A stretch of DNA of 64,000 bases, taken from NCBI GenBank assembly GCA_965197475.1, contig CBDANF010000003.1, positions 1,952,001 to 2,016,000 of the forward strand, in the 5' to 3' direction. Made by a program: the position numbers and the translations under genes. Below are positions 9,710-19,038 of the stretch, in pieces. The notes beneath the pieces were generated by a model that was not told where the DNA came from, did no database searches, and saw nothing but the letters and a program-made list of their open reading frames with translations. The first letter of the stretch is position 1; each line of letters begins with the position of its first letter. Origin of the DNA: Candidatus Poribacteria bacterium. Lineage in GTDB: Bacteria > Poribacteria > WGA-4E > WGA-3G.

Positions 9710-10006
9710 TATTCTAAGTTTGTTGGATAGCATTTTGCATTGTGGCACTCTCTGCCACCCAGCACTATCCATGGCTGTTAAAGCGGGAAATACAGGTAAC
9801 AGGTGCAACCCTGAAAAATACTAAGTGCAGGAAAATTGTTCCTTGCTCTTAGGCAGTGGGTCGGCATCACGGATTGTATAGGACCGCATTAGTAGCAACT
9901 TAGGTTATAAAAGACGAGCCTTTTTGACATAATCAGTCAAAAGTAACAAAATTAAAATTTAAACAAAACACACACATAAACAGATAAATTAAAATAGGAG
10001 AAAATC

Positions 10007-10348
10007 ATGAAAACTCAGGTTCGAGAGAAAAATGGCATCACAATTTTGGAACCCAATGGAAAAATAATGGGGCACTCCGCATCAGAATTCAAGAAAACTA
10101 TCTCACCGCAGATAGAGGCTTCCAATAAACCACGTATCCTCATCAATCTTGAGGGTGTTGATAAGATGGACAGTTCAGGGCTCGGTGTCCTCATCGGCGC
10201 GTATGCCGCTGTAACACAGAAACAAGGTCGTATAGGGATCATCCATGTCGGAAAAAACATCAAAAATCTGATTGTTATTAGCCGACTTGTAAGGCTCTTT
10301 GAACATTTCGACACTGAGGAAGCTGCTCTCTCTGCATTGGCAGCTTGA
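10007..10348 (+). CDS. STAS-domain anti-sigma factor antagonist
   Basis: ILINLEGVDKMDSSGLGVL signature; AGGAG RBS. Confidence 0.92.
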   Translation: MKTQVREKNGITILEPNGKIMGHSASEFKKTISPQIEASNKPRILINLEGVDKMDSSGLGVLIGAYAAVTQKQGRIGIIHVGKNIKNLIVISRLVRLFEHFDTEEAALSALAA

Positions 10349-10755
10349 CAAACCCACCCCATATTTGGAGCGTCCATAGTTTTGCTATGTGACGCTCCAA
10401 ACTTTTTAGACTCAACAGATTTTTATTTGTATGTGTCGCTAACCCACACAATTATCCTACCTTTCCTCTCCTCCAAAAAACATATCTACTGTTTATCTCA
10501 TAAATCATTATACTTGTTCCTTCAGAGAATCCAACTTCACCGTAGGAGGCTCTGTAACTACCCGTTGTTTCCGTTCATCAGACATGGCGAGGCACAGTGC
10601 CCTCGCCCTACAATTGCTTTTAGAAATGTGACAAAAGATTTTGAATAATGTGATATAATGTTGTAGATAGTGAGTTTTGACTGTTATCAGGTTATCTGAA
10701 GTAGAAATGCTGACGAAAACTAAATTACATTGTTCGTTTTCACAGTAGGAATGTT

Positions 10756-11730
10756 ATGAGCATGTCTAAAAATCAAAAACTGAAAGTGCCGTTTGCCTAT
10801 GATGGTGAAAAAAGGTTATATGACCCGCAGACAGCAGAAAAGGGAAAACAGTATTTTTGCCCTGCCTGTAAAGATACTGTAATTCTCAGAAAAGGTGAGA
10901 TCAAGACTGCTCACTTTGCCCACAAGGTGAGTGAAACCTGCAATCAAGAAACAATCATCCATAAAATTGCTAAACAACTGATTTTTAATGCTATTTCTGA
11001 TTGGAAGTCTGGTAAAATTGATGTTCCTACATTGAGAAGAACGTGTAATATTTGTTGCAAATTCACGAATCAGTCTCTACCGGATAAAGTAGAGTCCGCG
11101 ATTTTGGAATATAGAATGCCTGATGGTTTCATTATAGATGTTGCTTTAATGGTTGAAAACGAACCTGCTGCCGCGATAGAAATTAAAGTTAGTCATGCTG
11201 TGGATGAAAATAAGGCAAGATTATTACCGATTCCATTTATAGAATTAGATGGTCAAGCTGTCATAGACAATCCTACAATTTTTCAGCCAGTTAGAGACTG
11301 TTTTAAGGAATTTACTTGCAAAAGATGCAAGCAATCTATGAAACAATATGATGTCAAAGTTAACGAAATTGCAAAACAAACTAATGTTGACCTGCCTGAC
11401 CGGTACTATCGATATGGATTTTGGGAATGCTGGAAGTGCAAACGCGAAATTATTTTATTTGCTTGGCCCAAAACTTCTGATTGGGACAAATCTGCACCGA
11501 AAGTAAAACCGATACCTCGAACGATTCAATATCGTTATTCTAAAACCGTTGCTGACAGGTATTGGGTTAACACATGTCCATACTGCAAATCTATCCAAGG
11601 TGATTGGTTTCTTTTTGCTTACCCTGGTCCATTTTTCGGGGTTCACTATAAAGAAGATTCGCAAGATGCGTATAATAAGGATATGCAAGATATTGTGGTT
11701 GGCTACGCAGAATACAAAAGTGAGTTATAG
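10756..11730 (+). CDS. CoiA-like Zn-ribbon / PD-(D/E)xK nuclease protein
   Basis: YFCPAC...HFAH...ET..H...K, then E....DVAL.....AIEIKVSH; additional CxxC pairs. Confidence 0.75.
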   Translation: MSMSKNQKLKVPFAYDGEKRLYDPQTAEKGKQYFCPACKDTVILRKGEIKTAHFAHKVSETCNQETIIHKIAKQLIFNAISDWKSGKIDVPTLRRTCNICCKFTNQSLPDKVESAILEYRMPDGFIIDVALMVENEPAAAIEIKVSHAVDENKARLLPIPFIELDGQAVIDNPTIFQPVRDCFKEFTCKRCKQSMKQYDVKVNEIAKQTNVDLPDRYYRYGFWECWKCKREIILFAWPKTSDWDKSAPKVKPIPRTIQYRYSKTVADRYWVNTCPYCKSIQGDWFLFAYPGPFFGVHYKEDSQDAYNKDMQDIVVGYAEYKSEL

Positions 11731-11826
11731 ACAGTTAAGTTTCTATTTTTACAAAAACATGATTCTCTGTTTTGAGAGGAGTTAATGAACGAACAAGAAT
11801 AGGAATGTTTGAAAGTCTACTATTAT

Positions 11827-11980
11827 AACCCAAGTTGCCACCTTTGTAGCATAATCTGTTAGATTGTGCCAGCGAGTGCGCAAACTGACAGTTTGCGCTA
11901 CAATATTTCGCGAATAATGAACTTTTTCGGTTAAAAACGGTGTCTGCATGTCTAAAATCTTGTCCGTAGCAACTTAGGTT
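11827..11980. mobile_element. MITE (TIR AACCCAAGTTGCCAC / GTAGCAACTTAGGTT) with a GTAG REP pair
   Basis: 5-bp TSD ATTAT at 11822-11826 and 11981-11985; internal TGTAGCATAATCTGTTAGATTGTGC and GCGCAAACTGACAGTTTGCGCTACA. Confidence 0.85.
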
Positions 11981-11986
11981 ATTATA

Positions 11987-12087
11987 TAGGACTTACGCAT
12001 TCCCCTCGCTTGCGGGGGGATAAAGGGGGGTAAAATCCTTGAAAGAACAAAATTCTAAATAGGGCACCCAAATTTGCGTAAGTCCTG
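11987..12087. mobile_element. MITE derived from the IS701-type element
   Basis: Ends (T)AGGACTTACGCA / TGCGTAAGTCCTG match the TIRs of 19039-20129; 5-bp TSD TTATA. Confidence 0.9.
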
Positions 12088-12088
12088 T

Positions 12089-12214
12089 TATAGTAAAGCT
12101 TACAATTACTTATACACCGCAACTTAACGAAAACGCCACGGTTTCCCCACTGAAAAGGGGGTCAGGAGGTTAACCTCCTTTATATGTGTCAACGTATTTT
12201 CAGATTTTACTATA
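12089..12214. mobile_element. MITE with TATAGTAAA / TTTACTATA ends (TA-flanked, IS630-like)
   Basis: Same ends at 49472-49566 and 52182-52274; internal CCCC...GGGG palindrome. Confidence 0.7.
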
Positions 12215-12215
12215 A

Positions 12216-12320
12216 TACCATTTTTAATTGACAAATTGTCATAACAGATTGTAGGTCGGGTTTCGCTATCGCTTCAACCGACCTACAAAATAATGTCCTG
12301 TTATCACATACGCAATGGTA
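12216..12320. mobile_element. MITE with TACCATT / AATGGTA ends carrying a GTAG REP hairpin
   Basis: Internal TGTAGGTCGGGTTTCGCTATCGCTTCAACCGACCTACA; ends resemble those of 25097-25186. Confidence 0.65.
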
Positions 12321-12381
12321 TAATAGTGCTCAAGAAGTGCAAATACAGCATGAGCAAATACCTGAATGATGCTTAGAATAG

Positions 12382-13599
12382 GTGATAATTATGAGGATTG
12401 AATGGGAAAACAATTGGGGTGAACCAATAGATGAATCTGAGACTTGGAAACTCCGAAATCACACTTTTGAACTTCTACGAAAATATGCTCGTGAACATTA
12501 CTCAATTTTGAAAAAAATCAAGGAGCGAGAATATGAGGTCGAAGGACTTGCTACAAGACACATAGCAAAAGAAGTGGACTTACCAGAAGGTAGTGGGCTA
12601 TATACGTTGGAACGTGTTCATAAGGAAATTTGTGAAGAACAAGGGTGCCATACCGAACGCGCAAAGATATTTCGTGCTGCGATGGCGTGGTCGGAAAAGC
12701 GTGACGAGATAGACAAACTTAAACAGAAAGCACAAGAGGTATTATATTATTATCAATATTCGGGGTTCTGTTATCCCTGGTATCACCTGAATATAGAAAT
12801 AGACCCGTGGGATTATAGAGAAGAGTATGAAGCAAGAACTTCATTAGAGCACACTATAAGAGATGTTATGACAGAACACAACGACGATTGGGATAAAAAC
12901 TATCAGTTCAGAGAGGATCTTGAGATTTTTTTAGGTGTCCTTGCATCACAGCGTTGCTGTATCAGAGGAGTTTTTGAAAGTTCTTTTCTTTGTATGAACA
13001 TCAATAGATACTTAGAAAATCCTTCGTGGCATTCTCCTGAAATAACTGATTTCCTTTTGGTAGATATTATTGATACAAATCTTATTGATTTGGAAAGAAC
13101 TTATCATTTTGGCTTATTTCCTGCCAATTTGGCAGAACAGATTCATAACTTTATTATTCCTCCACAATTCTCCACAAAATTAGAAGAGTCTAATAAACGT
13201 TATATCCGCAGAGGTTCGCTCGTTTTTGGGATATTATTCGCGATAATGTCAGTAGTAAGAAATTATATGACAGTTCAACATAAAAGCTGGTGGGTTTTTG
13301 ATAAAGTTGAAGGTCCTTGGCAACTTGAACTCATAAATGTTTTGATCGAAATGGGGCTATTTGGAACATGTTCAATCGTAATATGGAGTTTTCTAAAGTT
13401 GTACCTACCTCTAAAAAAGCGGGCTGCGTATAAGGGACTTGAAAAACTTGCTCGGAAATTTACTAAGATCCGTTTTGAGATTACCTCGGAGACTTATCAT
13501 GCAAAGAGATTAATTGAAAGACTGCAAAAGTTGGAAGAGCAAGATATAGTGATACATAGTTTAACTTACGCCTTATTAGAATTGCGTGCAAAACAATGA
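12382..13599 (+). CDS. Hypothetical protein with two C-terminal transmembrane helices
   Basis: 405-aa ORF, AT-rich; hydrophobic segments GSLVFGILFAIMSVV and LIEMGLFGTCSIVIWSFL; no family recognised. Confidence 0.7.
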   Translation: MIIMRIEWENNWGEPIDESETWKLRNHTFELLRKYAREHYSILKKIKEREYEVEGLATRHIAKEVDLPEGSGLYTLERVHKEICEEQGCHTERAKIFRAAMAWSEKRDEIDKLKQKAQEVLYYYQYSGFCYPWYHLNIEIDPWDYREEYEARTSLEHTIRDVMTEHNDDWDKNYQFREDLEIFLGVLASQRCCIRGVFESSFLCMNINRYLENPSWHSPEITDFLLVDIIDTNLIDLERTYHFGLFPANLAEQIHNFIIPPQFSTKLEESNKRYIRRGSLVFGILFAIMSVVRNYMTVQHKSWWVFDKVEGPWQLELINVLIEMGLFGTCSIVIWSFLKLYLPLKKRAAYKGLEKLARKFTKIRFEITSETYHAKRLIERLQKLEEQDIVIHSLTYALLELRAKQ

Positions 13600-13626
13600 A
13601 CCTACGAGAAGTCTAGAGGAGGAAGC

Positions 13627-14820
13627 ATGGAAAAACGCCCACAAATTGCTGCAATTGCGACAATATACCACAAATACTCACACGCGCAACACATCGTCGA
13701 TCGATTTTTGGAAGGATACGGGTGGAATAGTCGGCACCATTATCCACCGATGGACCTCGTCTCGCTATACGTTGAACAGGTCAAGGACAATGATCTCAGC
13801 CGTGACCGATTGGAACGTTTTCCCACAGTGAAGGGATATCCAACAATCGCGGAGGCACTCACCCGCGGCGGCGAGGAATTGACTGTTGATGGCGTTCTGC
13901 TTATCGGGGAACACGGTGAATATCCCTCTAACGAAAAGGGACAACGTCTCTATCCGCGTTATGAACACTTCAAGCAGATGGTTGAGGTTTTTGAGCGGAG
14001 CGGGCGTGGGGTGCCGATATTCAACGATAAACACCTCTCATGGAATTGGGAGTGGGCACGTGAAATGTACGACATCTCTCAAAACATGGACTTCGCGTTT
14101 ATGGCGGGGTCTTCACTGCCTGTTACGTGGCGCACGCCTTCAATTGACATGCCGCGCGGCATTCGTGTATCAGAAGCGGTGTGTGTTGCTTACGGTGGTG
14201 TGGATAGTTACGATTTCCACGCTTTAGAGACGTTGCAGTGTATGGTAGAACGACGCGAAGGCGGTGAAAGTGGAGTAAAATGGTTACAGACATACCGTGG
14301 CGATGCGTTTTGGCAAGCACATCATTCTGAACTTTGGTCGCGAGAACTCTTTGAATCTGCGCTCTGTCGGAGTCATACGCTTACACCATCACGCCAAGGG
14401 TTTAACAATCCGTTTCCCACGTTAGACGAGATGAAGGAGATTGTGAAAGACCCGATAGCGAATCAATATGAACATCACGATGGGCTTAAGTCTACCATGA
14501 TTCTGATGAACGGGTTGGTGCAGGATTTCAACTTTGCCGCGTATATCGGATCGGACAACGAAACTCTTTCAACGCAGATGTATCTTCCAATGCCACCCGC
14601 ACGGACAACATTGGCAAACTTCTTCTCGCCTTTGGTGAACAATATTGAGAAAATGTTTTTGACAGGTAAAGCGACCTATCCGGTTGAACGCACGTTATTG
14701 ACAACGGGGCTTGTTGCATCAGGTGTTGACAGCCTCTTTGCCGATGGTGCAAAACTGGATACACCGCATCTGGACATCGCCTATCAACCCACTGAAGACT
14801 CAACTTTCTGGAGGACATGA
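13627..14820 (+). CDS. Uncharacterised oxidoreductase-like protein (Gfo/Idh/MocA-like), paralog A
   Basis: SHAQH.VDRFL.GY, VDGVLLIGEHG.YP, P.FNDKHLS, MAGSSLPVTWR, YDFHALE motifs. Confidence 0.75.
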   Translation: MEKRPQIAAIATIYHKYSHAQHIVDRFLEGYGWNSRHHYPPMDLVSLYVEQVKDNDLSRDRLERFPTVKGYPTIAEALTRGGEELTVDGVLLIGEHGEYPSNEKGQRLYPRYEHFKQMVEVFERSGRGVPIFNDKHLSWNWEWAREMYDISQNMDFAFMAGSSLPVTWRTPSIDMPRGIRVSEAVCVAYGGVDSYDFHALETLQCMVERREGGESGVKWLQTYRGDAFWQAHHSELWSRELFESALCRSHTLTPSRQGFNNPFPTLDEMKEIVKDPIANQYEHHDGLKSTMILMNGLVQDFNFAAYIGSDNETLSTQMYLPMPPARTTLANFFSPLVNNIEKMFLTGKATYPVERTLLTTGLVASGVDSLFADGAKLDTPHLDIAYQPTEDSTFWRT

Positions 14821-14824
14821 GGTT

Positions 14825-16000
14825 ATGAAACGAATCGCTGTTATCACCACGATCTACCGTTATCTGTCGCATGCACAACACTTTGCTGATCGATTTCTCG
14901 TCGGTTATCCAAAAGAAGGAAGATGGCATCGCCCAGATATGAAAGTCGTTTCTCTCTATGTTGACCAGAAACCAGAGGGTGACCAGAGTGAGGACCGTGC
15001 CAGAGAATTCGGCTTTTCTGTATATCTTACCATTGCCGAAGCACTTCGATGTGGTGGCGATAAACTTGCTGTGGATGCAGTGCTTCTGATCGGTGAACAC
15101 GGAGATTATTCTATCAATGAAAAAAACCAAGTACTTTATCCACGGCATGAATTTTTTAAGGAATGCGTGAAGGTTTTTGAGGCAGATGGACGTGCCGTGC
15201 CAATCTTCAACGACAAACATCTCTCCTACAGTTTTGAGAAAGCGAAAGAGATGGTAGATGATGGACATCGCCTCGGTTTTGGGTTGCTTGCGGGGTCATC
15301 GCTACCTGTTACGTGGCGATTACCTGATGTCGAATTGCCGTTGGAGTGTGAGATAGAAGACGCGCTGATGGTAGGTGTTGGTGGTTCAGATCCGATGGAT
15401 TATCACGCTTTAGAGGCGATGCAATGTATGGTTGAACGCCGAAAAGGTGGCGAAACAGGTGTTGCTGCTGTGCAACTAATTGACGGTGAGGAAGTCTGGA
15501 AAGCCAGTGAAGAAGGGCGATGGTCTCTGGAATTGTTGGAGGCGGTACTCTCTCGAAGCGATACGCCGTGCGGTTTAACAGATGAAGACGGTAGAACGCA
15601 AGATATGATCGGTAATGGTGAACTCCAACGACTCGTTGAAAATCCATCTGCCTATTTCATAGAATATAATGACGGATTCAAAGCAACACTTTTGATGCTA
15701 AATGGCGCGGTGCGGGATTACTGCTTCGCAGCGAAACTTAAGAATGAACCGGTACCAGTATCTACACAGTTTTTCTTAACGCCAACACCGAACGTTACCT
15801 ATTCTGCATGTCTTATCGCCAAGATTGAGGAATTTTTTGAAACTGGCGTTGCGCCGTATCCTGCGGAACGAACCTTGTTGGTAAGTGGAACATTGGAGAG
15901 TTGTCTAACTTCTCGCCATCAAGGGCATATCCATTTGGAAACGCTACATCTTAATGTTGAATACCGTGCACCTGCGGAGTCGCAGCATGCAAGGCGTTAG
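14825..16000 (+). CDS. Uncharacterised oxidoreductase-like protein, paralog B
   Basis: Collinear with 13627..14820 and sharing its motifs; ATG 14825 after GAGG. Confidence 0.75.
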   Translation: MKRIAVITTIYRYLSHAQHFADRFLVGYPKEGRWHRPDMKVVSLYVDQKPEGDQSEDRAREFGFSVYLTIAEALRCGGDKLAVDAVLLIGEHGDYSINEKNQVLYPRHEFFKECVKVFEADGRAVPIFNDKHLSYSFEKAKEMVDDGHRLGFGLLAGSSLPVTWRLPDVELPLECEIEDALMVGVGGSDPMDYHALEAMQCMVERRKGGETGVAAVQLIDGEEVWKASEEGRWSLELLEAVLSRSDTPCGLTDEDGRTQDMIGNGELQRLVENPSAYFIEYNDGFKATLLMLNGAVRDYCFAAKLKNEPVPVSTQFFLTPTPNVTYSACLIAKIEEFFETGVAPYPAERTLLVSGTLESCLTSRHQGHIHLETLHLNVEYRAPAESQHARR

Positions 16001-16083
16001 TCAATCCTGCTGGTGCCGAATGCTAAACGTGCATTTTTATGATATACAAATAGCGATATTTACGATTTTAGGAGGAGAACTGA

Positions 16084-17055
16084 ATGAGTGAATCTGAAAG
16101 AAAATGGGATGGAACGATTACCCGATATCCTGACCCGGCGATTGAAGTCCTTGACCCTCGTTTTGGAAAATACAAAATCGGCAATTCTCTTGTTGAACGC
16201 TTGTGGACGGGGGCGAGGTGGTCTGAGGGACCGGTCTGGTTTGGGGATGGTGGATACCTCCTCTGGAGCGATATTCCAAACAATCGGATTCTAAAATGGG
16301 AAGAAGCCACAGACAAGGTGAGCGTATACCGCAAACCATCTAACTATAGTAACGGCCATACCAGAGATCGGCAAGGTAGACTCATCAGTTGCGAGCACGG
16401 CGCACGCCGCGTAACACGAACCGAATATGATGGGACGATTACCGTGCTAATGGACAACTTTGACGGGAAACGACTCAACGCACCAAACGATGTGGCTGTC
16501 CATCCCGATGGACATATCTGGTTTACCGATCCAGGATACGGAATTATGCTCAATTACGAAGGGCATATTGCGGAATTTGAATTGCCAACCTCTGTTTATC
16601 GACTTAATCCGGATACCGGAGATGCTACAGTTGTAACAGATGAACTTGAAAAACCGAACGGGATATGCTTTTCGCCTGATTATGAAAAATTGTATGTCGT
16701 AGATACCGGGGTTACGCATAAAGAGGGAACACCAAGATACATCTATGTCTTTGATGTCGTAAACGGTGAGCGGTTAGACAACAAGGAAGTATTCTGCGAT
16801 ATGGCACCTGGCATTGCTGATGGTATCAGGTGTGATATTGATGGTAATCTATGGGCAAGTGCAGGTTGGGTTGGCGATGGTTACGATGGTGTCCATATTT
16901 TCGCAGCAGACGGAACACTTATGGGTAAGATTCATCTTCCAGAAATTTGCGCGAACCTCTGTTTCGGCGGCGTGAAACGAAATAGACTGTTTATGACAGG
17001 CAGTCAATCTCTTTACTCAGTATATGTGGAAGCACAAGGACTGCCATTATTCTAA
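16084..17055 (+). CDS. SMP-30/gluconolactonase family protein
   Basis: WSEGPVW, LNAPND, WFTDP.YG, KPNGICFSPD, ADGIRCD.DGNLW motifs; AGGAGG RBS. Confidence 0.93.
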   Translation: MSESERKWDGTITRYPDPAIEVLDPRFGKYKIGNSLVERLWTGARWSEGPVWFGDGGYLLWSDIPNNRILKWEEATDKVSVYRKPSNYSNGHTRDRQGRLISCEHGARRVTRTEYDGTITVLMDNFDGKRLNAPNDVAVHPDGHIWFTDPGYGIMLNYEGHIAEFELPTSVYRLNPDTGDATVVTDELEKPNGICFSPDYEKLYVVDTGVTHKEGTPRYIYVFDVVNGERLDNKEVFCDMAPGIADGIRCDIDGNLWASAGWVGDGYDGVHIFAADGTLMGKIHLPEICANLCFGGVKRNRLFMTGSQSLYSVYVEAQGLPLF

Positions 17056-17079
17056 TAGACAGCAGGTTAGAAATGCAGA

Positions 17080-17547
17080 TTAACCCTGCGGCTCGCGATA
17101 AGAGAACGTTTGGATAACATCATTCATCAAAAGCCGTTGGGCAATAGTCTGAATTATTTCTGCATTCAAGGTGCCGCTGAGCCAGAACTTTTGTCCAGTG
17201 CGGACAACGTTGACACCCGTAATGCCTATGTCTTTAATGCCTTTGACTGTACTATCCCCGACTGCGTCTGTAACACCGGGTTTGAATTGTACTTCAATCG
17301 TCCAATCTTTAACGTTTTCGTTTTCAGTGTCAAAGGTGAAGATTTGTGTAATCGGATCCGTGAGGAGTTCTGTGCCAATCTGATTGATAGTTTTGACATC
17401 AAGGGTGCCTTCAATCCAATAAATAGTAGCAGTTCGCAAAGATTCAACACCGCTGATGCCTAAGTCAGCAATATCTTCAAGAATTCCTTGTCCAATAGTG
17501 TCAGGAATTTCAGGTTTATAGAAAACTTCAACTTTCCAGTTTTTCAT
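17080..17547 (-). CDS. purS: Phosphoribosylformylglycinamidine synthase subunit PurS, tandem double domain
   Basis: Two repeats of VEV..KP...D..G......I...G...V..VRT......G..........LL.(D/N)(P/D).Q. Confidence 0.8.
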   Translation of the reverse strand: MKNWKVEVFYKPEIPDTIGQGILEDIADLGISGVESLRTATIYWIEGTLDVKTINQIGTELLTDPITQIFTFDTENENVKDWTIEVQFKPGVTDAVGDSTVKGIKDIGITGVNVVRTGQKFWLSGTLNAEIIQTIAQRLLMNDVIQTFSYREPQG

Positions 17548-17702
17548 AGGCAGTTAAAATCGGTTTTTACGAATTCTCCTTTGAGAAAAATTATTATTAG
17601 TATACTAAATTAACTTGATTCCAATCTATCGGTGCATCGATTCTATTAACTCGTTTTGAGAGATTCCTATCTCATTTGTAACTTTGTCAATGTGCATAAA
17701 TG

Positions 17703-17936
17703 TCAGAGAAAAGTTTTATCATATTGATGCGGTGTAACGTCGCCTGCCACGATGCACAGCGTTGCTATATCTATTTCTGGAGCAGTAATTACCTGTTCAT
17801 TCTGGTTTATCTCAACATCAACAATGTTATTTTTATTTAGGATATTGATTATGCCGATAAGGTTATAATCCGGAATTTTCAGATCTTTTGATAAGGTAGA
17901 AACCTCTCTTTGGCTATGCATTAAGTCCCCTTGCAT
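17703..17936 (-). CDS. Short hypothetical protein, possibly a winged-HTH remnant
   Basis: 77-aa ORF behind a consensus promoter; EVSTLSKDLKIPDYNLIGIINILNKNNIVDVE has wHTH-like spacing; no RBS. Confidence 0.3.
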   Translation of the reverse strand: MQGDLMHSQREVSTLSKDLKIPDYNLIGIINILNKNNIVDVEINQNEQVITAPEIDIATLCIVAGDVTPHQYDKTFL

Positions 17937-17994
17937 AAAAGCAATCGATTGATATGTTGATGTCTGTTGATATCTGCTTTGCTACAATACGGGT

Positions 17995-18023
17995 ATTATA
18001 TCATTGACGCATCAGTATGTCAA
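17995..18023 (-). promoter_or_regulatory. Perfect consensus sigma70 promoter overlapped by a TTGAC-N10-GTCAA palindrome
   Basis: Minus strand reads TTGACA-TACTGATGCGTCAATGA(17)-TATAAT. Confidence 0.75.
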
Positions 18024-18044
18024 ATGCGGGTGTGTAAAGTTTTT

Positions 18045-19030
18045 CGCTCATGTCAAGAGTAAGTGCTTTTGACGAGTTTTGCTATAAAATCAACACTGAC
18101 AGCTTTTAGATTCATGACGAACTCACAGATTGCGACGTAACCGGCGAGGAACTTTTTATGAACGCCACGAAAGGGACGAAGGAAGTTTCGCAGCGTCGTC
18201 CAGGCACCTTCAATCGTCCTTGTATGGATCTCGTAAAGACCATCACCGTCTGCGTCTCTTGCCCACTCGCCATCCTTATGGAGAACAATCTCACGGGCGC
18301 GCTGAATACGGTTATAGCCACGCCAACCATCCGTATACACCGTTGAAGTCGGCAACGTCCACTGATGAACGTGTGTTGAAAGCGTCGCAGAATCGGTGTG
18401 CCGCACAACACGTAATCTCAGGAGACCGCTTTCGCGACCTTTCGTCCCAACAATAGGCGGACGATCATTGTCATAAGTCCCATGTCCCCTGCGTTTATTG
18501 CCACGCCGACGCGGCGGATCCGAAGCATCAACGTGCTTATCGCCTTTTTCACCGGCGTTTTGAAACATCTCATCTGTTTCGACTTCAGCATCAGGTAAAG
18601 CAGCTTCGGGTTGTATCTGCTCTGCCGAAGTTTGGAGTTTACGTCTTATAGAAAGAACGGTTTGACGACTTAGACCCAGTTCACACCCGAGTTGTGCACT
18701 TGAAACACCTTGACAGACACCGCGCAAAAGCAGAACGACCTGTGAGGGACGAAACTGCGTGCCAGCAAAGACCGTCCCGGTATAGAGGTTGTAGATGCTC
18801 TCACAGTGTTTGCAGCGATACACTTGTAGACCACTTGTTTCAGTCGGACGGAACTTGCGTGCCTCCGCCACGCTCGCTTGGCATTTTGGGCAACACAGCC
18901 CTTGAAGGTGGAAATGATCCAACACCCACGCTTGAGTTTTTTCTTCATCCAGGAGAGATTGTATTGGAAAGTCCATAGGTAACACGCTAACATAACTTTG
19001 AAAAAATAGCACTTACTTTTTACATGAGCC
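18045..19030 (-). mobile_element. IS1595-family insertion sequence
   Basis: TIRs CGCTCATGTCAAGAGTAAGTGCT / AGCACTTACTTTTTACATGAGCC; 8-bp TSD AAGTTTTT at 18037-18044 and 19031-19038. Confidence 0.93.
18053..19012 (-). CDS. IS1595-family transposase
   Basis: CPKC/CKHC Zn ribbon, EVETDE, VYTDGWRGY, HTRTIEGAW; the true start may be ATG 18976. Confidence 0.92.
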   Translation of the reverse strand: MLFFQSYVSVLPMDFPIQSLLDEEKTQAWVLDHFHLQGLCCPKCQASVAEARKFRPTETSGLQVYRCKHCESIYNLYTGTVFAGTQFRPSQVVLLLRGVCQGVSSAQLGCELGLSRQTVLSIRRKLQTSAEQIQPEAALPDAEVETDEMFQNAGEKGDKHVDASDPPRRRGNKRRGHGTYDNDRPPIVGTKGRESGLLRLRVVRHTDSATLSTHVHQWTLPTSTVYTDGWRGYNRIQRAREIVLHKDGEWARDADGDGLYEIHTRTIEGAWTTLRNFLRPFRGVHKKFLAGYVAICEFVMNLKAVSVDFIAKLVKSTYS

Positions 19031-19038
19031 AAGTTTTT

